In this document: positions 40,020-49,865 of the stretch, in pieces
How the letters are laid out: each line of letters begins with the position of its first letter
Numbering within the stretch: position 1 is the first letter of the stretch
Source of the DNA: Gammaproteobacteria bacterium
GTDB taxonomy: Bacteria > Pseudomonadota > Gammaproteobacteria > Eutrophobiales > Eutrophobiaceae
DNA length: 64,000 nucleotides
Direction of reading: 5' to 3'
Assembly (NCBI GenBank): GCA_963422205.2
Contig: CAXMWX010000001.1
Location: 320,001-384,000 of the forward strand
Translations under genes and position numbers: made by a program
The notes under the pieces: model-generated
Seen by the model: only the letters and a program-made list of their open reading frames with translations
Database searches by the model: none
Told to the model about the DNA's origin: nothing

Positions 40020-41714
40020 ATGTTTGATGTTCTAGTTGATAACCATAAAGGCGAGCGGATTAAAAACTTTCGTTGTCCTGTAAACGAGTGCAGTATCGGC
40101 AAAGCCCGGGATAATTTTATCCAGTTACGCGGCTGGAAGATCGCCCCTCACCATGCCGTGATACGACGTACCACGGAAGGCTTGTTTATCGAAGACAAAA
40201 CCGGTCGAGAGCGCGTCGAAGTCAACGGACAGGATATTGCTTACCATGGCCCTATTCGCACCTCCGATGAGATCATCATAGGGGGGTATCATATCAAGGC
40301 CGGTGTCGTTGTTGATGGTAATGGGCAACAGCAATTTGACGAAGACGAGGATGATGTCTTTGAGGATATGAAGACCGTCATTGGTGTGCCTCACCATAAA
40401 GTGATCGAAGAATCCGATGAACTGAGTGAGACCCTGATCACTCTGCAACATGATGAGAAGTTCAAATGGCGTAACCGGGTACACGAAGAATTACTTGCCA
40501 TGATGGATCTGCGCCGAACGGATATCGGCGAGATGGATGAGGATGCACTTCGCGCCCATGTTGAAAAAATGGTAACGGAAATCATCACGGAATTAGGCAA
40601 TAAAATACCTTCTTATATCGATACAAAACAATTACTGCATGATGTGCTTAATGAGGCCATCGGCTTGGGCCCGTTGGAAAAACTTATCGCCGATGAGTCA
40701 GTCACCGAAATCATGGTCAATAAATTCGATGACATTTATATCGAACAGGCGGGAAAATTAAGCAAAGCGGATGTGATATTTTCCAGTGATAACGCCGTGA
40801 TGACCGCTATTGAGCGTATCGTCTCACCGCTGGGCAGACGTATCGATGAAAGCTCTCCCATGGTGGATGCCCGGCTTAAAGATGGTTCACGCGTGAATGC
40901 GATTATTCCACCGCTGGCCTTGCGTGGCCCTTGCCTGACTATCCGAAAATTTGCCAAGCAGAAATTGCTGGCTGATGATCTGGTCGGCTTTGGTGCGCTG
41001 GATAATCGCATGGTGCAGTTCCTGAAAACCGCCGTTCAAAATCACATGAATATTATCATCTCCGGCGGCACCGGCAGTGGTAAAACCACGTTATTAAATG
41101 TTTTGTCCAATTTTATACCCGCCAGTGAACGTATCGTCACAGTAGAGGATGCTGCCGAGCTCAAACTGGCACAACCCCACCTTGTCAGCCTGGAAGCCAG
41201 GCCGGCCAACCTGGAAGGGAAAGGTGCGGTGCCGATACGGGACCTGGTGAAGAACTGTCTGCGTATGCGTCCTGACCGCATCGTGGTAGGCGAGTGTCGT
41301 GGTGGAGAAACCCTGGATATGTTACAGGCCATGAACACCGGACACGATGGCTCTTTGACGACTGCCCATGCCAACACACCGCGGGATTTAATCGCTCGTA
41401 TTGAAGTCATGGTCATGATGTCCGGCATGGAACTGCCCGTCCCTGCAATTCGTGAAATGGTCGCCTCGGCAATCCATATTGTTGTGCAACAAACCCGTTT
41501 TTCTGATGGCAGTCGACGGGTCATTAACATTACTGAAATTACCGGTGTTGAGTCAGGCATTGTCTCCATGCAGGATATATTTAAATATCAACAGGAAGGT
41601 TTCGATGAGGACGGTAAGGTACAAGGCCGCTTCGTGGCGACCGGCGCCGTGCCACAATTCTACGAGGACATGAAGCAGCGCGGTCTGCCCGTAGACATGG
41701 CAATTTTTCAATAG
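40020..41714 (+). CDS. tadA: Tad ATPase TadA/CpaF with N-terminal FHA-like domain
   Basis: IGK...IAPHHA...VNG FHA-like start; GLGPLE, GGTGSGKTT, LRMRPDRIVVGECRG, AMNTGHDGS. Confidence 0.95.
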   Translation: MFDVLVDNHKGERIKNFRCPVNECSIGKARDNFIQLRGWKIAPHHAVIRRTTEGLFIEDKTGRERVEVNGQDIAYHGPIRTSDEIIIGGYHIKAGVVVDGNGQQQFDEDEDDVFEDMKTVIGVPHHKVIEESDELSETLITLQHDEKFKWRNRVHEELLAMMDLRRTDIGEMDEDALRAHVEKMVTEIITELGNKIPSYIDTKQLLHDVLNEAIGLGPLEKLIADESVTEIMVNKFDDIYIEQAGKLSKADVIFSSDNAVMTAIERIVSPLGRRIDESSPMVDARLKDGSRVNAIIPPLALRGPCLTIRKFAKQKLLADDLVGFGALDNRMVQFLKTAVQNHMNIIISGGTGSGKTTLLNVLSNFIPASERIVTVEDAAELKLAQPHLVSLEARPANLEGKGAVPIRDLVKNCLRMRPDRIVVGECRGGETLDMLQAMNTGHDGSLTTAHANTPRDLIARIEVMVMMSGMELPVPAIREMVASAIHIVVQQTRFSDGSRRVINITEITGVESGIVSMQDIFKYQQEGFDEDGKVQGRFVATGAVPQFYEDMKQRGLPVDMAIFQ

Positions 41715-41719
41715 CATTA

Positions 41720-42598
41720 ATGGAAACCTCTTTAAATGCTGCTGGTGATATCTTGTTTATACTTGCCGTGGCCTGTGTCTTTTTTATGACGACCATGCTG
41801 TGGTGGTTGTTATCACGAAAAGCCCTGGCCTTTCTCGAAGGGTACAAAGAGACATTTACCACGACGGCCAGCAGTAACCTGTCTGATATGTTTCTGTTCG
41901 TTGACCCGAACCGGCTTTTTATGTTGAACCTCGCAGCTATCGTCATATTCCCGGCCCTGACCTGGCTGGTGTTCCGTGATGTGGCAGCGATGATTGCCGT
42001 GTTATTAATCGTGATGCTGGCGCCCCCGTTTTTTTATCGCCGCCTGCGATCACAACGACTGGCCCGATTTGAAGCACAACTTCCCGATGCATTATTAATG
42101 GTCTCCGGTGCCATGCGTGCGGGCGCCAGCCTGAACATCGCCATGGAAGGGCTGGTAAAAGAACAGCCGGCGCCGATCTCCCAGGAATTTGAATTGTTTC
42201 TTAAAGAGCAACGCCTGGGCGTAGAATTCAATGAATCGATAAAGGCCATGGAAGAGCGTAATCCAATCCCTGACTTCACCATGTTGGTAACTGCCCTGCG
42301 TATCAATCGTGAAGTAGGCGGCAATCTGGCAGAGACCATGGAAACGCTGGGTGAAACCTTACGAAGAAAGGCAATGATGGAAGGCAAAATCGACAGTTTA
42401 ACGGCACAGGGGCGATTGCAGGGCATGGTAATGACAGGTCTGCCCATCCTGCTGGGCGTTTTGCTTTATTTTATGGAACCTGAAGCCATGAGCAAACTTT
42501 GGACTACCCCTGTTGGCTGGGGTTTATGTATCGTTATTGTTGTTATGGAAGCGATGGGTTATTTCATCATTAAAAAGATCACCAGTATTGATGTGTAA
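41720..42598 (+). CDS. tadB: TadB (T2SSF family)
   Basis: QLPDAL...GAMRAG, EVGGNLAE, LTAQGRLQ. Confidence 0.92.
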   Translation: METSLNAAGDILFILAVACVFFMTTMLWWLLSRKALAFLEGYKETFTTTASSNLSDMFLFVDPNRLFMLNLAAIVIFPALTWLVFRDVAAMIAVLLIVMLAPPFFYRRLRSQRLARFEAQLPDALLMVSGAMRAGASLNIAMEGLVKEQPAPISQEFELFLKEQRLGVEFNESIKAMEERNPIPDFTMLVTALRINREVGGNLAETMETLGETLRRKAMMEGKIDSLTAQGRLQGMVMTGLPILLGVLLYFMEPEAMSKLWTTPVGWGLCIVIVVMEAMGYFIIKKITSIDV

Positions 42599-42606
42599 CA
42601 ATCACC

Positions 42607-43500
42607 ATGCCTGAATTTATTACCTTTAACTTGCCCCCCTTTATCGCCGTCTTTGCCGGGCTGTGTGCATTATGCAGCATACTGCTTCTCAACAGTCTAT
42701 ATAAAATGGTTGATGACGATGACCGTGCCTTTATGGATCCATTGCCTTTTAAACTGAAATTGTTCTGGCCTTTGACTCAAATTATTGCTTACCTGGGATG
42801 CCCCTTTCTCCCTTATGAAATCATTGAAAAAACCGAACAGCGCCTGGCACGCACCGGTGTGGGCTACTTGCTGACCGCCGAGCAGTTTATAGCGCTACGC
42901 ATTCTGGTGGCATCAGGGCTACCTGTGGTTGTCTTTTTTTGTATGTCAGCGTTGAAAATCCATGAGCCCATCTGGCTCGTTGTCGCCCCGCTGGTCGGAT
43001 TTCTGCTGCCCGATATATGGTTAAACGATACCCGAAAGAAGCGTGAGGGCGAGGTAATACGCTCGCTGCCTGTTTATCTGGACTTTATTACCATGTGTGT
43101 TGAAGCCGGACTTAACTTTCAGGGGGCGCTTGGCCAGGCCATGGAAAAAGCCCCTCCCGGTCCCTTGCGAAATGAATTTGCCATTGTGTTACGCGATCTG
43201 CGTTCAGGGCTACCACGTGCAGATGCGCTGAGACGCATGGCAGAAAGGCTGGATATCACCGAAGTCAGCAGCTTTGTCAGCGCTATTGTGCAGGCGGAAA
43301 AAATGGGAGCCAGTCTTGCTGCGGTATTACGGGTACAGGCAGATCAACGACGTAACGAGCGTTTTCAGCGTGCCGAGAAAATGGCCATGGAGGCCCCGGT
43401 CAAGCTGGTTGGTCCTTTGATTATCTTTATCTTCCCTGTCACCTTTATGATTTTAGGATTCCCCATCGCCATGAAGTTTCTCGGTGAAGGGCTATTATGA
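42607..43500 (+). CDS. tadC: TadC (T2SSF family)
   Basis: LP..LD..TMCVEAG, QAEKMG, RAEKMA..APVKL..PL..FIFP. Confidence 0.92.
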   Translation: MPEFITFNLPPFIAVFAGLCALCSILLLNSLYKMVDDDDRAFMDPLPFKLKLFWPLTQIIAYLGCPFLPYEIIEKTEQRLARTGVGYLLTAEQFIALRILVASGLPVVVFFCMSALKIHEPIWLVVAPLVGFLLPDIWLNDTRKKREGEVIRSLPVYLDFITMCVEAGLNFQGALGQAMEKAPPGPLRNEFAIVLRDLRSGLPRADALRRMAERLDITEVSSFVSAIVQAEKMGASLAAVLRVQADQRRNERFQRAEKMAMEAPVKLVGPLIIFIFPVTFMILGFPIAMKFLGEGLL

Positions 43501-43865
43501 TGTATGGTCGGCTGCATAGAGCCGAAAATAAGGTCTGCCTGATAACAAAAGTTGCTGTTGCCGATAATTTCCTGGCACGTCTGACCGGCCTCTTGGGTCG
43601 GCCAGAATTGATGCAACTGGAAGGCTTGTTAATTCGACCGTGTTCATCAGTACACACGTTGGGAATGCGGTATAATATCGACTTGGCGTTTCTTGACCGC
43701 AACTGGAAAATCATCAAAATCGTAAACGCTTTACGGCCCTGGCGCACAAGCGCCTGCCCTTCTGCGTATATGGTGCTCGAATTATTGGGTGGGACTTTAG
43801 AGAAATTACAACTGACAACCGGGACACAACTGGAATGGCATGAATCAGGCGAACAGACATCTTAG
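43497..43865 (+). CDS. DUF192 family protein
   Basis: ADNF.ARL.GLLGR, PCSSVHT.GM...ID..FLD, VLEL. Confidence 0.85.
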   Translation: MMYGRLHRAENKVCLITKVAVADNFLARLTGLLGRPELMQLEGLLIRPCSSVHTLGMRYNIDLAFLDRNWKIIKIVNALRPWRTSACPSAYMVLELLGGTLEKLQLTTGTQLEWHESGEQTS

Positions 43866-44349
43866 ATTGTTTTTTTGGCTTTTTATTAGCTTGCCTCTCT
43901 CTGCCTGTCTTGATGCGAATCTAAAAAAAGACGGGGGGAGAACGGAATTCGATTTCATCGAAACTGATAAACTGGCCGAAGCGGCTTATCAAAGCAACGA
44001 TTGGGTTGAAAGTGAAAAACATTATGCTGTCCTGGTACAGGAAGTTCCGCAAAGGGCCTTGTATTGGTTTCGTTTAGGTAATGTCTATGCCCGTACCAAT
44101 CGCCCGGATGCGGCAATTATCGCCTACCGTGAAGCCGTACTGCGTGACCCCGAAATGACCAAAGGCTGGTTTAATATGGGTGTTTTACAATTAAAACAGG
44201 CAGCAAACAGCTTTAATGAGCTAAGATTATATGGCGACAGAAGCAGTCCGCTGCACAGTCGGGGCAACGATATCTTTGTAGGGATACTTGATATGATGCA
44301 AGGCGAAGAGGAATCTGAAGAACATGTTGACCCTGATCTGTCCCCATAG
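43840..44349 (+). CDS. TPR lipoprotein (TadD-like)
   Basis: Lipobox LSAC; TPR motif WFRLGNVYAR. Confidence 0.8.
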   Translation: MNQANRHLRLFFWLFISLPLSACLDANLKKDGGRTEFDFIETDKLAEAAYQSNDWVESEKHYAVLVQEVPQRALYWFRLGNVYARTNRPDAAIIAYREAVLRDPEMTKGWFNMGVLQLKQAANSFNELRLYGDRSSPLHSRGNDIFVGILDMMQGEEESEEHVDPDLSP

Positions 44350-45061
44350 ACGACAAAAAAATGGCCAGGCCATGGTCGAGTTCATCATTATTCTGCCCGT
44401 CCTCTTGTTCATTATCCTTGCCACCTTGCAATTCGCTTTTATCTACAAGGCCAAAATCACCTTGAACTACGCCACCTTTGAGTCAGCCCGTGCCGGCAGT
44501 CTTGGTGGTGCCAGACCTTCTGCCATGGATAACGCCATGGTGCGGGCATTGGCCCCCCTTTATACGCATGCTGACAATACCGAAGCCTACATAACAGCCC
44601 GAAAACGAATAAGACAGGAAATCGCCGATGGTTATTTAAAGATTGATGTCATCAATCCGTCTCTCAAGTCTTTTGACGATTACGGTAAAACAGGAGATAA
44701 CCTTGTTTACATACCCAATGATAACCTGATTTACAGAGAGGCAAGCAGCGAAGGTAAAGATTCTGAACAGACAATACAAGACGCTAACCTTCTCAAAATA
44801 CAATCTTATTATTGCTTTGAGCTGATTGTGCCTTTTGTCAATAAAATTCTCTGGGCCATGATGCGATACGCACCCGGTGAAGTGCTCCCCGGCAGCATCC
44901 CGCAGGTCGAAGGCAAACACCGTGTGGGCAGACCTCAAACAGGCACTTTTAACGAGGCATGTGTAAGAGAGAAAAATGACAGTGATGGTTATTGGGGCAT
45001 ACCCATTCGTTCACAGGCGATAATACGCATGCAGTCCGATGCCATACTCACAGGCACTTAA
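44324..45061 (+). CDS. tadE: TadE-family pseudopilin
   Basis: GQAMVEF, LNYATFESARAG, QDANLLKI, IRMQSD. Confidence 0.85.
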   Translation: MLTLICPHRRQKNGQAMVEFIIILPVLLFIILATLQFAFIYKAKITLNYATFESARAGSLGGARPSAMDNAMVRALAPLYTHADNTEAYITARKRIRQEIADGYLKIDVINPSLKSFDDYGKTGDNLVYIPNDNLIYREASSEGKDSEQTIQDANLLKIQSYYCFELIVPFVNKILWAMMRYAPGEVLPGSIPQVEGKHRVGRPQTGTFNEACVREKNDSDGYWGIPIRSQAIIRMQSDAILTGT

Positions 45062-45102
45062 AGTGTTGTCGTAGATAACGTAAACATAGCCATCAATTGC
45101 GT

Positions 45103-45315
45103 ATGTCCGCCCTTTGAGAAGAGCAAACAGCAACATACCCCAATTATGCGACAGTATCTCGGGTTTTAAGGCCGACTACCCCGATATTTTGCGACTCTTT
45201 CGTATGGGTGATTTCTATGAACTCTCCTTTGAGGAGGCACGTAAAGCCGCTCGTTTACTCGACATCACGCTAACCGCCAGGGGTAAATCTGCCGGTGAAG
45301 CCATACCCGTGGCGG
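45103..45315 (+). pseudogene. mutS: mutS 5' fragment (about 70 codons, frameshifted)
   Basis: HTPIMRQYL / [38 protein letters not shown]; ends where the IS remnant begins. Confidence 0.9.
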
Positions 45316-45422
45316 ACACCCAAAAGATTGGGATTACAAACCCCCGCACAGTACATTGGTTGGTGAGCTTATCGAAACCTATCCAGCACAACAAAACGTG
45401 CAATATGGGGTGGATTCATACA
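45316..45422 (+). mobile_element. 3' end fragment of the same IS481-family element as 5661-6917
   Basis: Inverted match to 5661-5760 (9 mismatches over 70 bp of flank counted by eye), ending ...GGTGGATTCATACA. Confidence 0.85.
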
Positions 45423-45427
45423 CGGGC

Positions 45428-45456
45428 TTGACACTCCGGGCCTGGTCACGTACAGT
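45428..45456 (+). promoter_or_regulatory. Sigma70 promoter for the tRNA pair
   Basis: TTGACA-17 bp-TACAGT. Confidence 0.65.
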
Positions 45457-45520
45457 CTACTGCTTTTTGAGAAATGCAACCTGAGCGGCTGGCAGGGAAG
45501 CAGCATGAAAGTGACTATCC

Positions 45521-45596
<76 letters not shown>

Positions 45597-45648
45597 GATA
45601 TTTCCCGGCATAACCCGGTGTCAAGCCGGGGCAGGGCTGGCCTTGACC

Positions 45649-45724
45649 GTCCCCTTCGTCTAGTGGCCCAGGACACCGCCCTTTCACGGCGGCAACAGGG
45701 GTTCGAACCCCCTAGGGGACGCCA
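45649..45724 (+). tRNA. tRNA-Glu(TTC)
   Basis: GTCCCCTTCGTCTAG...CCGCC-CT-TTC-AC-GGCGG...GGTTCGAACC...CCA, 76 nt. Confidence 0.97.
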
Positions 45725-45827
45725 TTTGAATACCTGCCCGGCAAGATTGCCCAAGGAGATTTGCCGGGGGCAATCTGCCCGGACGGATGCCGGTCTGGCT
45801 GGCTTGTAAATACACAGGAATAATGCC

Positions 45828-47144
45828 TTGAAGATCAGCATGTTAGGGGCGGGTTATGTCGGCCTGGTATCGGCGGCCTGTTTTGCCGAGTTTGGTGCTG
45901 ATGTGTGTTGTATTGATGTGGATGCGGAAAAAATCAGTCGGCTGAAGGCCGCCGATATCCCCATCTATGAGCCGGGGCTGGATGAGTTAGTGACAAAAAA
46001 TATCCGCCAGGGCCGGCTGCATTTCACGGACTCTCCGGATGCCATCGTTCCACAGAGTGATCTGATTTTTATCGCTGTCGGCACCCCGCTAAGACAGGGT
46101 GATGGCCATGTTGATTTGTCTTTTCTCTACCAGGCGGCCAGAGACATCGCCCCCCTGCTGGCCGGTTATACGGTGGTGGTGGATAAATCCACCGTGCCGG
46201 TGGGTACGGCGAGGGAGGTCAAGCGCCTCATTAGCGAAGCCAACCCGGCGGCCGATTTCGATGTGGCCGCCAATCCGGAGTTTCTGCGAGAGGGTGCGGC
46301 CATTGGCGATTTCATGCGGCCGGACCGGGTGATCATCGGCGTGGAGAGTAAACGGGCGGAGGCATTGCTGCGGGAGTTATACCGGCCGCTTAATCTCATT
46401 GAGGCGCCGGTGATGGTGACCCGCCTGGAGAGCGCCGAGTTGATCAAATACGCCGCCAATGCGTATCTGGCAACCAAGATCAGCTTCATCAACGAAATGG
46501 CGTCTTTGTGTGAAGTGACCGGTGCCGATGTGCATCAGGTGTCAAAAGGCATGGGGCTGGACGGGCGTATCGGGCGGAAATTTCTGCATCCCGGCCCGGG
46601 CTATGGCGGCTCCTGCCTTCCCAAAGACACAAGGGCGCTGGTGCATATCGCCCAGGAACATGGCGTATCCAGCCGGATAGTTCAGGCTGTGGTTGAGGTC
46701 AATGAGGCGCAGCAGGTGTGGATGATCCATAAGATACGCCACGCCCTGGGCGGCAGCGAAGCCGGCAAGACCCTCGCCATCCTGGGCCTGACTTTCAAGC
46801 CGGAAACCGATGATATGCGTGCCGCCCCGTCATTATCCATTCTGCCCGCCTTAATTGACAATGGGGCCAGCATCCGGGCGAATGATCCTAGGGGGATGTG
46901 CCAGGCGAAGCCCCTGTTGCCGGATTCGGTTGCCTATTTTGATGATGTTGATGCTACGGTGAGGGGGGTGGATGCCATCGTTCTGCTGACCGAGTGGCAT
47001 GTGTATCGGGGGCTGGATTTGCCGCATGTCCTGGCATTGATGCGGGGGTGTGTATTTATTGACCTGCGTAATGTGTATGAGCCGGATGACATGAGGGAGT
47101 GGGGATTCGATTATCATTGTGTGGGCAGGCAGCGCCCGGTGTGA
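45828..47144 (+). CDS. ugd: UDP-glucose 6-dehydrogenase
   Basis: GAGYVGL, KSTVPVGT, NPEFLREG, GYGGSCLPKD, FKPETDDMR. Confidence 0.95.
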   Translation: MKISMLGAGYVGLVSAACFAEFGADVCCIDVDAEKISRLKAADIPIYEPGLDELVTKNIRQGRLHFTDSPDAIVPQSDLIFIAVGTPLRQGDGHVDLSFLYQAARDIAPLLAGYTVVVDKSTVPVGTAREVKRLISEANPAADFDVAANPEFLREGAAIGDFMRPDRVIIGVESKRAEALLRELYRPLNLIEAPVMVTRLESAELIKYAANAYLATKISFINEMASLCEVTGADVHQVSKGMGLDGRIGRKFLHPGPGYGGSCLPKDTRALVHIAQEHGVSSRIVQAVVEVNEAQQVWMIHKIRHALGGSEAGKTLAILGLTFKPETDDMRAAPSLSILPALIDNGASIRANDPRGMCQAKPLLPDSVAYFDDVDATVRGVDAIVLLTEWHVYRGLDLPHVLALMRGCVFIDLRNVYEPDDMREWGFDYHCVGRQRPV

Positions 47145-47479
47145 GCTTGGTGTGAATGGATAAATGCAATATACGTTAATCGGTCACAGCACAGCAGACC
47201 CGCCGAGATTGCCAGAAGAGCTAAGTACAGGAGTGCGGCATTGACATCGCTGGTGGCTATAGAATATGATCTTGAGGGAAAGCAAATTTTTATCCGCCTT
47301 GGTGATCACAGGGAAATCACAGCCACCCTTAAATAAATCAGACGGATCTCCCTTGGTCTTTTTCGGCCCTGCATGGTGGTGGCATACCTGAATGATGGTA
47401 CTAGGCAAGATGGAACCCAACATGAAAATCAGCCCAGCCAAGAATTACCAGAATTACCATAACTAAACAGGACACAAAC

Positions 47480-48847
47480 GTGAGCGATAAACCCATCCCC
47501 TCCACTGACGGTATACAACCGGTCAACCTGCAAATCATACCGGCGGACTATTATCGAGAAGACGATGAGTTCAATTTGTACGACATCTTTGCGATACTGT
47601 TCAGGTACAGATTTCTCATGGCGGCAATCACGGCGGCCTGCACCATCATCGCCCTGTTATATGCGCTGTTGGTACCACCGGAGTATAAAGCCAGTGTGCA
47701 TCTGTCTGTGCCCGCTCTACATGATATTAACGAGCTTGGTTTGCAGGATAATAACCCAACGCAGGTGGTATTTCAGCGGTTTCTGGATTACTTCAATTCC
47801 CGCGCCCTGCGCTGGCAGTATTTTGAAGAGCATAACCTTCTGGCGGCCCTGGTGGATGAGAGGGAGATGGAGAGGGATGAGAAGAAGCAGGAAAACCTGC
47901 CTTATGCGGTGTTTGAGGAGCAGTTCAATAACAGGCTTCGGTATGAGCAAAAGGCGGTGACAAAGCGCAGAGCAGTCACGCGGGTAACCGGGGCGACTGC
48001 CACCTTGCAGCTGAGGGATCCGGTGCTGGCGGCTGACTGGCTGAATGGCTATGTGCAGCAGGTACACGCCGAGACCGTGGATTCCCTCAAAGCGGACAGG
48101 ATGGCGTCCTGGAACTTCCGTCAACAGCGTCTGGATGAGCGAATTGACCGTCTGCGCCGCTATGCGGAAACATCGCGGGCGGATGAGATTGCGCGCTTGC
48201 TGGAAGTCGATGCCATTAATCGTCGCCGCATTGAAGGCCACATAAAGGCATTGAGAGCCAAGGCTAAACAGGATTTGTCTGATGAGAAACGCAAGCTGCG
48301 TGAGTCGCTTGAAATTGCCAGGACACTGGATTTTGTCGATATGGCGGTGCCCGCGCCACGTGTTGACCAGGCCATTACTAATTCACCTGATCTGATGGTC
48401 AATCTACGGCATATCCCGACGTATAGCAGAGGAGTTAAAGCGCTGGAAGCTGAAATTCACGCGCTCAATAGCCGGGAAGAATTCCCGGACCCCTTTGTAA
48501 GTGGACTGAGAGATCAGCAGCGGCAGCTGGCAATGCTGAATGAAAACGCCAGGGTGCTGGCCCTTCAAAATCGCACCTCCGATGATCCGCATATTGGCGA
48601 TTTACGCAGCTTGCAGCAAGAGCAAGAGAAGCTGGAAATGAATTTGCAGCGGCTTGCCGCCGATGAGGACATCAAGGTGGTCACGATTGAACAGGCCGCC
48701 GTGCCGCCCCAAAAACCCAGCAAGCCAAAGCGCAAGCTGGTCGTATTGATTGGCCTGCTGGGCGGGGTTATCCTGGCGGTGTTTGCGGCCTTTATGCTGC
48801 ACTTCCTCGGCAAATACAGGCAAATCGCGGCGATAAAACCGGGGTAG
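47480..48847 (+). CDS. wzz: Wzz polysaccharide chain-length determinant (long coiled coil)
   Basis: DEFNL.D + TM, coiled periplasmic region, PPQKPSKPKRKLVVLIG + TM. Confidence 0.85.
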   Translation: MSDKPIPSTDGIQPVNLQIIPADYYREDDEFNLYDIFAILFRYRFLMAAITAACTIIALLYALLVPPEYKASVHLSVPALHDINELGLQDNNPTQVVFQRFLDYFNSRALRWQYFEEHNLLAALVDEREMERDEKKQENLPYAVFEEQFNNRLRYEQKAVTKRRAVTRVTGATATLQLRDPVLAADWLNGYVQQVHAETVDSLKADRMASWNFRQQRLDERIDRLRRYAETSRADEIARLLEVDAINRRRIEGHIKALRAKAKQDLSDEKRKLRESLEIARTLDFVDMAVPAPRVDQAITNSPDLMVNLRHIPTYSRGVKALEAEIHALNSREEFPDPFVSGLRDQQRQLAMLNENARVLALQNRTSDDPHIGDLRSLQQEQEKLEMNLQRLAADEDIKVVTIEQAAVPPQKPSKPKRKLVVLIGLLGGVILAVFAAFMLHFLGKYRQIAAIKPG

Positions 48848-48854
48848 CGTATTC

Positions 48855-49796
48855 ATGTATCTGGTGACCGGCGGTGCCGGGTTTATCGGTTCGCATCTGG
48901 TTGAACGGCTGCTGGCCGATGGTTCACAGGTGCGGGTTATTGATGATCTTTCTACCGGCAAGATGGAGAACCTGGCTGCCATCGCCAATCATCCGAAGCT
49001 GGAGATCATCACTGGCGATGTGGGCGATGCGGCCCTGGTTGGACAGGCGATCAAAGGTGTGCAGATCATCTTCCATCAGGCCGCCCTGGCCTCCGTGGAG
49101 AAATCCGTTCTCACCCCTTGCTTGAGTTTTCAAAGCAACGTCAAGGGCAGCTTCACGCTGTTTGAAGCGGCGAGGACAGGCGGGGTCAAGCGCATCGTCC
49201 TGGCAAGCTCCTCGGCAATCTACGGGCAGGACGGCACCTACCCGGCGAGCGAGGGGGCGGCCGGACAGCCCGACAGTCCCTATGCGCTGGATAAGTATTA
49301 TGCCGAGAACCTGGCCTCGGTGTACTGCAAAAGCTATGATCTGCAAGCGGTTATTCTGCGTTACTTTAACGTCTACGGCCCCCGGCAGGACCCAGCTTCG
49401 CCCTATGCCGGGGTCATCTCCCGGTTTACCGAGCAAATCAAGGCGGGCAAGACGCCGGTGATTCGCGGTGATGGCAAACAGTCCCGGGATTTTGTCTATG
49501 TCAAGGATGTGGTGGAAGCCAATATAAAGGCCATGCATGTATCGCCCATGAATGAGCAATGCGCCGCCGCATGTTTTAATATCGGCACGGGTACCGAAAC
49601 CAGCATACTGGCATTGCTGGAGAGCCTGTGTCAGGTGTATCATGTGCCGATGACCTATAGCACGGCGGCAGCACGCCTGAGTGATATCCGGCGCTCCGTT
49701 GCCTGTATTGACCGGGCGGCTGCCGGGCTTGACTGGCGACCATGCCATGATTTATCTGCCGGCCTGGCCGCCATGCGTGATGTATCAACGTCCTGA
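48855..49796 (+). CDS. NAD-dependent sugar epimerase (GalE/WbpP-like)
   Basis: TGGAGFIGSH, HQAALASV, YALDK, YFNVYGPRQD. Confidence 0.92.
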   Translation: MYLVTGGAGFIGSHLVERLLADGSQVRVIDDLSTGKMENLAAIANHPKLEIITGDVGDAALVGQAIKGVQIIFHQAALASVEKSVLTPCLSFQSNVKGSFTLFEAARTGGVKRIVLASSSAIYGQDGTYPASEGAAGQPDSPYALDKYYAENLASVYCKSYDLQAVILRYFNVYGPRQDPASPYAGVISRFTEQIKAGKTPVIRGDGKQSRDFVYVKDVVEANIKAMHVSPMNEQCAAACFNIGTGTETSILALLESLCQVYHVPMTYSTAAARLSDIRRSVACIDRAAAGLDWRPCHDLSAGLAAMRDVSTS

Positions 49797-49865
49797 TAAT
49801 GGTCAGACGGCGAGCAATCCGGGCATGATTTACCCGCTCCGGAACCTGTACACATCTGATTAGCC

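Noticed and set aside
45114-45431. 105-aa ORF as a functional gene
   Set aside because: It is an accidental fusion of the mutS stub and the IS tail.
47184-47441. Possible PIN-toxin remnant (VITKADKNLLSLK)
   Set aside because: Only one short motif resembles PIN domains, too weak to call.
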